A stretch of 63,019 bases of DNA, taken from the NCBI GenBank assembly GCA_002409145.1, contig DHUL01000036.1:14671-77689 (forward strand), given 5' to 3'. Under the pieces are notes generated by a model. The model saw nothing but the letters and a program-made list of their open reading frames with translations, made no database searches and was not told where the DNA came from. The DNA is from Bacteroidales bacterium UBA5235. GTDB taxonomy: Bacteria; Bacteroidota; Bacteroidia; Bacteroidales; VadinHA17. Shown piece by piece: positions 37,586 through 45,854 of this stretch (position 1 is its first letter; the number at the start of each line of letters is the position of its first letter). Made by a program: the position numbers and the translations under genes.

Positions 37586-39178
37586 ATGGTTATAGAGGAA
37601 TTTATAGCTCAGCAGCTGCAGGACGCTGGAGTAAGGAGGTTCTTCGGAATTCCCGGGGGACCATCTATACCATACATTGAGGCATTCAGAAAAACCGGGA
37701 TAGAGTTCATACTGGCAACCCATGAGGCTTCTGCTGCAATAATGGCCGATGTGACTGCCAGGATCACAGGCGTTACGGGCATATGTCATGCTACTTTCGG
37801 CCCGGGAGCGGTAAATCTTGCTTCAGGTGTTGGCGGAGCGTTGCTCGACCGCTCCCCGTTGATTGCTCTGACAACCGAGATGCCAGGGGCATGGCTGGGT
37901 CGTACGGCACAGATGAATATCGACCATCAGGCTCTGTTTCGCCCATTGACGAAGGAGACCTTCAGGCTCACTGCAGATAATGCGGGAGAGGTCATCAGCC
38001 GGAGCCTGGACCTGGCAAATGAGGAGTATCCAGGACCGGTGCACATAGGATTGCCCTCCGACCTGGCAGGAAGTAGTGTCAGTCCGGTTGTGGGTGATTC
38101 AAGGTTTGCCGGATCTTCCGGGCATTCTGCATCCGGAGGAAGAAGTGAGACCAGGGCGGAAGTGCTGATAGCTGCATCCCGAAGGCCCCTGATAGCCGTC
38201 GGCCTGACTGCCATGCGAACCGGAACAGGCCATGCCCTGATCAGATTCCTTGCTGACCACAGAGTGCCGGTGGTGGTAACCCCGATGGCCAAAGGAGTCA
38301 TAGGACATGATCATCCATCCTATGCCGGAGTCTTGTTCCATGCTCTGAGTGACCGCCTGGGGAGGCTGGTAAAGGCAGCCGACCTGGTTATCGGCTTGGG
38401 TTATGATCCGGTGGAATACAGTTATGAGTCATGGCTTCCGGAGGTGCCGCTGATCCATTTTGATACCCGGCCCTCAGACCTCCGGGTCAATGGAGCAATT
38501 GAGTGTGTGTCAGCTCCGGAGGAGTGGTTCAGGGTAATGTCATCCCTGGCAAGCTCGGATGAGATGACGGCCCTGGCTGCTGAAGCAAGGGATGAGATAC
38601 GGAAAAGCATAATTAAGGCCGGACCGGGATTGAATCCTGTTTCTGCCCTTTCGTTGCTCCGTGAGGTCCTGCCCCCGGATGCCACCGTGACGGCTGATGT
38701 GGGATCTCATCTTCACCTGATTGGCCAGATATGGGATCTTCAGCAGGGCAATCTGATAATGACTAACGGGTGGTCATCGATGGGGTTCGGGCTGCCTGCT
38801 GCTGTCGCAGCTGCCCTGACCGGCTGCAGTGGACCGGTAGTGTGCGTGACCGGTGACGGAGGATTGATGATGCATGCCTGTGAGATCATAACGGCACGAC
38901 GGCTAGGGCTAAAAATAATTGTCGTTGTCTTCAGTGACGGCGAGTTGAACCTCATAAAGGTCAAGCAGTTATGGAAGAGGATAAAGCCTTATGGTATACA
39001 AGTATACAACGGGCCTCTCTTCGGAGCTGATAAATTCCTGGGAGTCGATGTACGGCGCGCCACGGATCTCTCCGGGATGCGTTCAGCGCTTGAAGGAGCG
39101 CTTCGCTCCGGAGGTAGTTCAATAATTGAAGCGGCTGTGGATCCGTCAGTATATGATGATCTTATAGTAAAAAGCTGA
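37586..39178 (+). CDS. Thiamine-diphosphate-dependent enzyme (acetolactate-synthase-like large subunit family)
   Basis: FFGIPGG N-terminal PYR domain and the TPP-binding motif GDGGLMM...SDGELNL. The ATG at 37586 is preferred over the GTG at 37556. Substrate cannot be assigned. Confidence 0.8.
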   Translation: MVIEEFIAQQLQDAGVRRFFGIPGGPSIPYIEAFRKTGIEFILATHEASAAIMADVTARITGVTGICHATFGPGAVNLASGVGGALLDRSPLIALTTEMPGAWLGRTAQMNIDHQALFRPLTKETFRLTADNAGEVISRSLDLANEEYPGPVHIGLPSDLAGSSVSPVVGDSRFAGSSGHSASGGRSETRAEVLIAASRRPLIAVGLTAMRTGTGHALIRFLADHRVPVVVTPMAKGVIGHDHPSYAGVLFHALSDRLGRLVKAADLVIGLGYDPVEYSYESWLPEVPLIHFDTRPSDLRVNGAIECVSAPEEWFRVMSSLASSDEMTALAAEARDEIRKSIIKAGPGLNPVSALSLLREVLPPDATVTADVGSHLHLIGQIWDLQQGNLIMTNGWSSMGFGLPAAVAAALTGCSGPVVCVTGDGGLMMHACEIITARRLGLKIIVVVFSDGELNLIKVKQLWKRIKPYGIQVYNGPLFGADKFLGVDVRRATDLSGMRSALEGALRSGGSSIIEAAVDPSVYDDLIVKS

Positions 39179-39186
39179 AAGGCCGG

Positions 39187-39510
39187 CTATTCCTCTTCTT
39201 TTTTAGCCGCGGGCTTCCTGGTTTTGGTTGCAGCCTTCACAGGCTTTTCAGCAACAGTTCCTGCTTCCTGTTCACTCTTTTTCTCTGCAGGTTTGGCGAC
39301 TGTCTTTGAAGCTGTCCTGGACCTTACTGTCCTGGCAGGCTTTGCTGCCGGTACTTCCGTTGCCGTTGCCGTTGCTGTTTTTAATGCTGTCTTCGCTGTC
39401 TCATTCGGGGATGGTGCAACAAAGCTCTTCCTTGTTTTCTTACGACGGCGGACGCCAAAAGATCCTGCAATAATCTTTCCTCTCTTTGATTTCTTGTCAC
39501 CTTTACCCAT
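39187..39510 (-). CDS. 30S ribosomal protein Thx with a long basic Ala/Lys/Thr/Pro-rich C-terminal extension
   Basis: The N-terminus MGKGDKKSKRGKIIAGSFGVRRRKK matches Thermus Thx ([25 protein letters not shown], as I remember it). The remaining ~80 aa are low-complexity. Confidence 0.7.
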   Translation of the reverse strand: MGKGDKKSKRGKIIAGSFGVRRRKKTRKSFVAPSPNETAKTALKTATATATEVPAAKPARTVRSRTASKTVAKPAEKKSEQEAGTVAEKPVKAATKTRKPAAKKEEE

Positions 39511-39555
39511 GTTCTATGAAATTTTAAATTGTGAACACAAAAATTACATAAACAA

Positions 39556-39563
39556 CAAAAATA
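39556..39563 (-). promoter_or_regulatory. Candidate -7 box (TATTTTTG) for the Thx gene
   Basis: Matches TAnnTTTG on the minus strand, ~45 nt upstream of the ATG at 39510. Confidence 0.3.
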
Positions 39564-39641
39564 GTAAAATTTAGTCCCCGGGGTATCAAATTCTGTTAAT
39601 AAAAAGGATATACGCAGAGGGACGGTAACCGGCCGTTTTAT

Positions 39642-39649
39642 TAAATTTG
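39642..39649 (+). promoter_or_regulatory. Candidate -7 box (TAAATTTG) for the 39655 gene
   Basis: Matches TAnnTTTG only 5 nt upstream of the ATG, which implies a leaderless or near-leaderless mRNA. Confidence 0.3.
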
Positions 39650-39654
39650 CCAAT

Positions 39655-40959
39655 ATGGCAACCAGGAAGCTATGGATTTACTCTCCGGATGTCTCTCCCC
39701 GGCTTGAGTATACAGCTGGCGTGATCTTCAGCACTGTTCTGGGCATAAATTTTGAAATAACTACTGACAGGAGGAAGATCGGCACAAGTCCTGCTGTTAT
39801 CTACACAAATGAGAAGGTAAAGGATCAGTTTGTTATCCGTCCGTCGGGACTCCTTAATACGACTGGTGTTGAGCAGATCAGGCCTGAGGTGTCGTTTTTG
39901 GAAGAGATGCCGGTATTGTTTACAACTGAAGGGGGCAGCATACCGTTTGATCTCTTCTCCGCCGTATTTTACATGCTTTCAAGGTATGAGGAATACCTGC
40001 CTTTTTCACCCGATGCCCACGGACGTTTTCAGGGTGCTGCATCATTGGCCCTCATGGGTGGTTTCCTGAGGATACCGGTTGTGGAGATATGGTCGAGATA
40101 CCTGGCAACTGAACTTGTAAGGCGGTATCCGGTACTTACTATCAGGCATAATGAGTATGGTGCCCTGGTTACGGTGGATGTGGACCAGCCTTTTGCGTAC
40201 CGAAGCCGGGGATTTCTCAGGAGCATGGGTGGACTGGTCAAGGGCCTCGCCGGTGTGGGAGCACGGCCGGGTGACCGTATCAGGACAATGGCAGGAGAGA
40301 TTCCTGATCCGTATGACAGCTTCGGATACATTGAAGAGAAGCTGAAGGAAAGCAGGTCCGAGGCTCTCTTTTTCTTCCCGACAGGTGATCAGGGAGAGTA
40401 TGATCATAATCCTCCCTTCCGTGATCACGATTACGGGGAAATTATCCGCAGGTATGACAGGATGTATGGGAGCGGTCTTCATTCATCGTACCGGTCAGCG
40501 GGAAGGATTAAGACCCTGAAGGCGGAGACGGAACGGTACAGCACCATAACAGGGCATCCTGCCGGGAAGGTGCGTCAGCACTGGCTGCTGCTGAATATGC
40601 CGGACAGCTACCGGGACTTTACGCAGGCGGGTCTTATGTATGATTATACAATGGGATTCCATGATGAACCGGGATTCAGGGCAGGCATCGCCCGGCCCTT
40701 CCCTTTCTTTGATCTTGCCGCGGAGAAGGCAACAGGTCTTACGGTGGTACCATTTCAGGTGATGGATGCAACCCTCAGGCAGTATATGCATCTTCAGCCT
40801 GAAGCTGCTCTTGAGGTCATCAGAGCCCTTATCACCGCAACCAGGAACGCTGGCGGCCTGTTTGTCTCCATATGGCACAACACCTCCCTGAATGAAGGCA
40901 ACGGATGGGAGGGCTGGAGGCACGTATTTGAGGAAATGATCTTCATGCAAAAGGTATGA
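39655..40959 (+). CDS. Conserved hypothetical, polysaccharide-deacetylase-like
   Basis: 434 aa. VTVDVDQPFAY and GLHSSY resemble divergent NodB/PuuE-type deacetylase motifs. The N-terminal ~150 aa belong to no family I can name with certainty. Confidence 0.4.
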   Translation: MATRKLWIYSPDVSPRLEYTAGVIFSTVLGINFEITTDRRKIGTSPAVIYTNEKVKDQFVIRPSGLLNTTGVEQIRPEVSFLEEMPVLFTTEGGSIPFDLFSAVFYMLSRYEEYLPFSPDAHGRFQGAASLALMGGFLRIPVVEIWSRYLATELVRRYPVLTIRHNEYGALVTVDVDQPFAYRSRGFLRSMGGLVKGLAGVGARPGDRIRTMAGEIPDPYDSFGYIEEKLKESRSEALFFFPTGDQGEYDHNPPFRDHDYGEIIRRYDRMYGSGLHSSYRSAGRIKTLKAETERYSTITGHPAGKVRQHWLLLNMPDSYRDFTQAGLMYDYTMGFHDEPGFRAGIARPFPFFDLAAEKATGLTVVPFQVMDATLRQYMHLQPEAALEVIRALITATRNAGGLFVSIWHNTSLNEGNGWEGWRHVFEEMIFMQKV

Positions 40960-41861
40960 TCAGCTACCTGAAAAACAATGAGATAGACCGTGAGCGGTGG
41001 GATGCGTGCATGAATGAGATCCTTGCCGTGAAGCCTTATGCCATGTCATGGTATCTCGATATCATGTCACCGGGGTGGGAGGCTCTTGTAGATGATGATT
41101 ACTATGCGGTCTTTCCTCTTCCCTGCCGCAGAAAACTGGGGATCAGCTATGTCGCCACCCCGTTATTCCTGCAGCAGCTGGGGCTTTTTACTGCCGACGG
41201 TGACCGGAAACGGATGGCTGAAGAGTTCATCTCATTCATGCCTGGATTCTGCAGGCTGGTAGATCTGTGCATAGGGCAGCCGGCCTCCGTACCGGGCTAT
41301 AGTCTGACACCGAAATATAACTATGAGCTGAAGCTCGATGATCCCTATGAAAAACTCTGGATCAGCTACATGACTGACTGCCGGAGGAACATAAACATAG
41401 CACGCCGCTATCCCCAGGAAATAGTTGAGGATCCCACTCCCGATGAGCTTATTTCACTCTTCCGCAACCATACCGGCAGACGGGCCGGTGTGACAAGGAA
41501 ATCTTCATACCGGAGGCTCCGGACCCTTATGCAGCATTGCATCTCCTCGGGACACGGCAGAATTCTGGGTGTAAGATCGCCCAAAGGAAAACTGCTCTGG
41601 GGGATGTTTGTAATTGAAACGCACGGCCGGACGACGATGCTTTTTACGGCAGGAAGCAGAAAGAGCCGCGAACTGAGAACATCCTACCTTGTCATTGATC
41701 ACCTGATCAGAAATTATGCCGGTACGGGACAGGTACTTGATTTTGCAGGATCGTCAATTCCATCCATTGCTATTTTCATGAGATCATTCGGAGGGGAGAG
41801 AACAACCTACTGGAGGCTGTACCGAAACAGCCTCCCATGGCCCGTTAAGCTTCTCAAATGA
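40956..41861 (+). CDS. GNAT / FemAB-like acyltransferase-fold protein
   Basis: 301 aa. The overall pattern resembles BioF2-like/FemAB-like GNAT proteins (assigned from memory). ATGA overlap with the upstream gene. Confidence 0.4.
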   Translation: MISYLKNNEIDRERWDACMNEILAVKPYAMSWYLDIMSPGWEALVDDDYYAVFPLPCRRKLGISYVATPLFLQQLGLFTADGDRKRMAEEFISFMPGFCRLVDLCIGQPASVPGYSLTPKYNYELKLDDPYEKLWISYMTDCRRNINIARRYPQEIVEDPTPDELISLFRNHTGRRAGVTRKSSYRRLRTLMQHCISSGHGRILGVRSPKGKLLWGMFVIETHGRTTMLFTAGSRKSRELRTSYLVIDHLIRNYAGTGQVLDFAGSSIPSIAIFMRSFGGERTTYWRLYRNSLPWPVKLLK

Positions 41862-42578
41862 TCAGAAGAGGAGTTCTATTACCTGGTCATTTTGTTCTGC
41901 CTCTGACAGCCTGCCGTTTTCACAGCGGAGAGTCCTTGCAGGAAATTTTTTGACGAGTGAATGCTTGTGAGTTGACATAATGACCGCCCGGCCTGTATTA
42001 CTGATGTTTCTCAGCAGAATGTGTATCTCCTCGGATGTCTCCGGATCCAGGTTGCCTGTCGGTTCATCAGCCAGAATTATCTCCGGGTCATTCAGGAGGG
42101 CGCGTGCAATAACCACTCTCTGTTGTTCTCCACCCGAAAGCTGGTGAGGCATTTTAAAGCCTTTGTTCTGCAGCCCGACCTTTTCAAGTACCTCCCTTAT
42201 CCGGTCTTCAACCGCAACCTTGTTATTCCAGCCTGTGGCTCTGAGGACAAACTCCAGGTTGTCATGCACTGACCTGTCGGTCAGGAGCTGGAAATCCTGG
42301 AACACTATCCCGAGTTTTCTTCTCAGCAGAGGTATCTCCCTCTTTTTTATTGTGTGAAGACTGAATCCTGCCACCCATCCTTCGCCATCGGCAAGCGGGA
42401 GCTGGGCATTAAGGGTGCGTATCAGCGAAGTCTTGCCGCTTCCCACCCTTCCCACCAGGTAGACAAACTCCCCTTTATCGACTTTCAGGTTCACATCGCT
42501 GAGGACAAGATGATCCTGTTGCATGATCGAACAGCTTTTCAGTTCAATGATTGTGTCGAGAGGGGTGATTTCTTCCAT
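41862..42578 (-). CDS. ftsE: Cell-division ABC ATPase FtsE
   Basis: Walker [10 protein letters not shown], signature LSGGEQQR and Walker [12 protein letters not shown]. The ATG at 42578 is preferred over the TTG at 42617. Confidence 0.8.
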   Translation of the reverse strand: MEEITPLDTIIELKSCSIMQQDHLVLSDVNLKVDKGEFVYLVGRVGSGKTSLIRTLNAQLPLADGEGWVAGFSLHTIKKREIPLLRRKLGIVFQDFQLLTDRSVHDNLEFVLRATGWNNKVAVEDRIREVLEKVGLQNKGFKMPHQLSGGEQQRVVIARALLNDPEIILADEPTGNLDPETSEEIHILLRNISNTGRAVIMSTHKHSLVKKFPARTLRCENGRLSEAEQNDQVIELLF

Positions 42579-42801
42579 CCGGAACGGTTTTTGTGCAAAA
42601 TAAAAAAGAATTAACAATCAGCAGTCTGTGTGTTGATAAAATGAAGGTTCAGGGAGCTTCCGCGAGGCATTATAATTGTATTTTTACGCCTAATGAAATT
42701 GCGCCGGAAAATCTGCGCAAAAGATTGTAATTGAATTAATTACCTGCAGTAGTAGTTTGCAGGCGGATGTTTTTTGAGACAGCTGAGTAAAGGATAAAGT
42801 T

Positions 42802-45800
42802 ATGAACAGGAAGATACTGACGGTGATCATGGTCTCACTCCTTGCTGCAGGAACAGCGGTGAAGGGGCAGGTTTCATTCTCGGGGGAAGAGGTGACCTCC
42901 CTGCTGAATAACGGGTATGAGATGTTTGCAAAGGCCAAGTATGCAACGGCAATCGGGTTGTTTGACAAATGGCTTGAGAACGGTAAGAACGGAACCAGTC
43001 TTCAGAGAGCTGATGCGGAGTATCATGCTGCTCTGGCTTCGATGAAGCTGATGGCTCCTGATGCCGAGTACCGGATGCAGCGGTTCATAACCGCCAATCC
43101 GGAGAGCCCGATGCTGAACCAGGCTCGGTTCGAATCAGGCCGTTATTGTTACCAGCAACGGAACTACACCTGTGCCATTGAGTGGTTTGAACAGACAGAC
43201 CGCATTCTCCTGAGTGACAAAGAGCTTGCTGAGTATCTTTTCAAACTCGGCTACTCGCAGTACCGCAAGGGTGACACGAAGAGGGCACAGATGCTCTTTG
43301 CAGAACTGATGGATTCAGAAACCGATTATACGGCACCGGCCATCTATTACCATGCTGCAATTGCCTATGAGAATGGATTCTACCGGACGGCCCTGGAAGG
43401 TTTTGAAAGGCTGAAGGGTGATGAAACCTTCGGAAGCATTGTCCCATTCTATATCACACAGATCTATTATCTCGACAAGAATTACGACGGCATCCTGGAG
43501 ATGGCTCCTGCACTTATTGACCAGGCGGGGAAGAAAAGGGAAACCGAGCTGTACCGTTTCATCGGTGACGCATATTTTCAAAAGGGCAATTACAGTGAAG
43601 CGATCCCTTATCTTGAGAAATTTATCAGGGAAACAAGACTCAGTGACCGTAACGACAAGTACGAACTGGCCTACAGCTACTATCAGACAGGGGCCACGGA
43701 TCAGGCAACAAAGCTTTTCAACGAGGTGGTGGGCCGCAGTGACATCCTGACGCAGAACGCTTATTATATGCTTGGCTCGTGTTACCTTCAGGCAGGTGAC
43801 AAGAAGAAGGCACAGATGGCTTTCTCGGCAGCAGCAAAGATGAGCTTTGATCCGGAGGTACAGGAGGAGGCACTATTCAACTTTGCCAAACTGGCATATG
43901 AAAACTCCTACTCACCCTTTGGAGAGGGCATAGATGCACTTCATAACTACATCCGCACATATCCCAATTCAGAACATGTGTCAGAGGCATATGACTACCT
44001 GATATCTGCCTATATGAGGCTGAAGAATTACCAGGCAGCCCTGAATTCGCTGGAAAAGATAAGCAGCAAGGATGACCGCCTGAAGGAGGCTTACCAGAAA
44101 GTGGCCTATTTCCGTGGTATTGAGCAGTTCCGCAACAAGCAGTATGCCGATGCAGTATCAATGTTCGACAGGTCGCTTACATACAAGGAAAAGAATCCTG
44201 ACCTGAATGCACGTGCACTTTACTGGAGGGGAGAATCTAACTACCGTCTGGGTAACAATAATGCGGCTGCCAGTGACTGGGAGAACTTCAGGAAGCTGCC
44301 TGCAGCAGCCTGCCTGGAAGAGTATGAGCTTACAGACTACAATCTTGGATATGTCTGGTACAATGCAGGAGATTACGCGAAAGCCCTTCCGTACTTCATG
44401 GCATATGTCAGCAAGGCCGGCCAGAGTAAGAGGCCAGATATGATTGTTGATGCGCGCAACCGCATTGCTGACTGCTACTACATCAGGGCTGATTACCCTT
44501 CGGCAATATCGTACTATGACAAGGTGATTGACTACGGCAAGGTGGATGCAGACTATGCTCTGTTCCAGAAGGGATTTGCCCAGGGGCTGAACAATAATAA
44601 CGCGGCCAAGATCACCACCCTTACCGGCCTGATTACAAAGTACCCGAAATCAACATACGTGCCGAACGCACTGTTTGAAAGGGGAAGGGCGTATGTTGCC
44701 ACGGAACAGCCTTCGAGGGGTGAAGCCGACTTTACTAATATCATTGCCTGGTATACCGGCAGCCAGTTCGTTCCCCCTGCCATGGTTCAGCTCGGACTCA
44801 TCTACTACAATGCCGGGGAGAATGAAAAAGCTATTGCCCAGTTCAGGAAGGTAATCGAAAATTACAGGAACACTCCTGAGGCCCGCAATGCTGTCAACGG
44901 CCTCAGGAACGCATATACTGACATGGACGATGTTGAGTCATTCTTCGCTTACATGAAAAATGTAGAGGGACTGGGAGATATAGAGGCATCCACACGTGAT
45001 TCCATGCTATACATCTCGGGAGAGAACCAGTACGTGAAGGGCAACTGTGAGAGATCATCGGAGATATTCCGGAATTATCTAAGGGAGTTCCCTTCCGGCA
45101 GTTTCGCTACCAATGCCAGGTTCTACATGGCCGACTGCCTTAACAGGTCGGGCAAGGTTGACGAGGCACTTGATCTTTATCTGAGGGTGGTCAGTGTGGG
45201 GAACAACCAGTTCATGGAGCAGTCATTACTTGGCGCAGCATCCATCACCTTCGGTAAGAAGGATTATAATGATGCATGGTCACTTTACGAACGGCTGGGC
45301 AGGGAAGCTTCCAGCCCCGAGAACAGGCTTTATTCCTATCTTGGTATGATGCGTGCAGCGTCGGCTCTTGAGGATGATGACAGGGTCATTGCGTCGGCAG
45401 AGCTGGTGCTCGGTTCAGAGAAGCTGACGGAGGATCTGGCCAGGGAGGCCACCTTCCTGACGGCCAAGGCCAATCAGAGGCTGGGTAACAATACTGATGC
45501 GCTTGATGATTATCGCCGTGTGGCACAGGAGGTTGCCACTGCTTACGGGGCGGAGTCGAAGTTTCGGGTGGCTGAACTGCTGTGGATTGCCGGTGACATC
45601 GACGGTTCCGAGAAGGAAGCCAACCAGTTTGTCGACATGAGCTCGCCACATGCGTACTGGACCGGTAAAACCTTCCTGCTGCTGTCAGATATTGCCATAA
45701 AGAAGGGAGATACCTTCCAGGCGAAGGCAACACTGCAGAGCCTGATTGACTATTACACTGTCAGGGATGACGGCATCATCGAAGAGGCAAGGGCAAAACT

Positions 45801-45849
45801 AGCAGCCCTGACAGCCACACAGCCCTCCGGAACCCCAACAACTAACTGA
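42802..45849 (+). CDS. Large secreted tetratricopeptide-repeat protein (1015 aa)
   Basis: Signal peptide MNRKILTVIMVSLLAAGTAVKGQ (no lipobox Cys). TPR-like A/Y/L periodicity runs through the whole length. Confidence 0.8.
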   Translation: MNRKILTVIMVSLLAAGTAVKGQVSFSGEEVTSLLNNGYEMFAKAKYATAIGLFDKWLENGKNGTSLQRADAEYHAALASMKLMAPDAEYRMQRFITANPESPMLNQARFESGRYCYQQRNYTCAIEWFEQTDRILLSDKELAEYLFKLGYSQYRKGDTKRAQMLFAELMDSETDYTAPAIYYHAAIAYENGFYRTALEGFERLKGDETFGSIVPFYITQIYYLDKNYDGILEMAPALIDQAGKKRETELYRFIGDAYFQKGNYSEAIPYLEKFIRETRLSDRNDKYELAYSYYQTGATDQATKLFNEVVGRSDILTQNAYYMLGSCYLQAGDKKKAQMAFSAAAKMSFDPEVQEEALFNFAKLAYENSYSPFGEGIDALHNYIRTYPNSEHVSEAYDYLISAYMRLKNYQAALNSLEKISSKDDRLKEAYQKVAYFRGIEQFRNKQYADAVSMFDRSLTYKEKNPDLNARALYWRGESNYRLGNNNAAASDWENFRKLPAAACLEEYELTDYNLGYVWYNAGDYAKALPYFMAYVSKAGQSKRPDMIVDARNRIADCYYIRADYPSAISYYDKVIDYGKVDADYALFQKGFAQGLNNNNAAKITTLTGLITKYPKSTYVPNALFERGRAYVATEQPSRGEADFTNIIAWYTGSQFVPPAMVQLGLIYYNAGENEKAIAQFRKVIENYRNTPEARNAVNGLRNAYTDMDDVESFFAYMKNVEGLGDIEASTRDSMLYISGENQYVKGNCERSSEIFRNYLREFPSGSFATNARFYMADCLNRSGKVDEALDLYLRVVSVGNNQFMEQSLLGAASITFGKKDYNDAWSLYERLGREASSPENRLYSYLGMMRAASALEDDDRVIASAELVLGSEKLTEDLAREATFLTAKANQRLGNNTDALDDYRRVAQEVATAYGAESKFRVAELLWIAGDIDGSEKEANQFVDMSSPHAYWTGKTFLLLSDIAIKKGDTFQAKATLQSLIDYYTVRDDGIIEEARAKLAALTATQPSGTPTTN

Positions 45850-45854
45850 ATCAG

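Noticed and set aside
42690-42968. 92-aa minus-strand ORF spanning the ftsE/TPR divergent region
   Set aside because: It overlaps the well-supported start of the 1015-aa TPR gene on the other strand and has no recognisable features.
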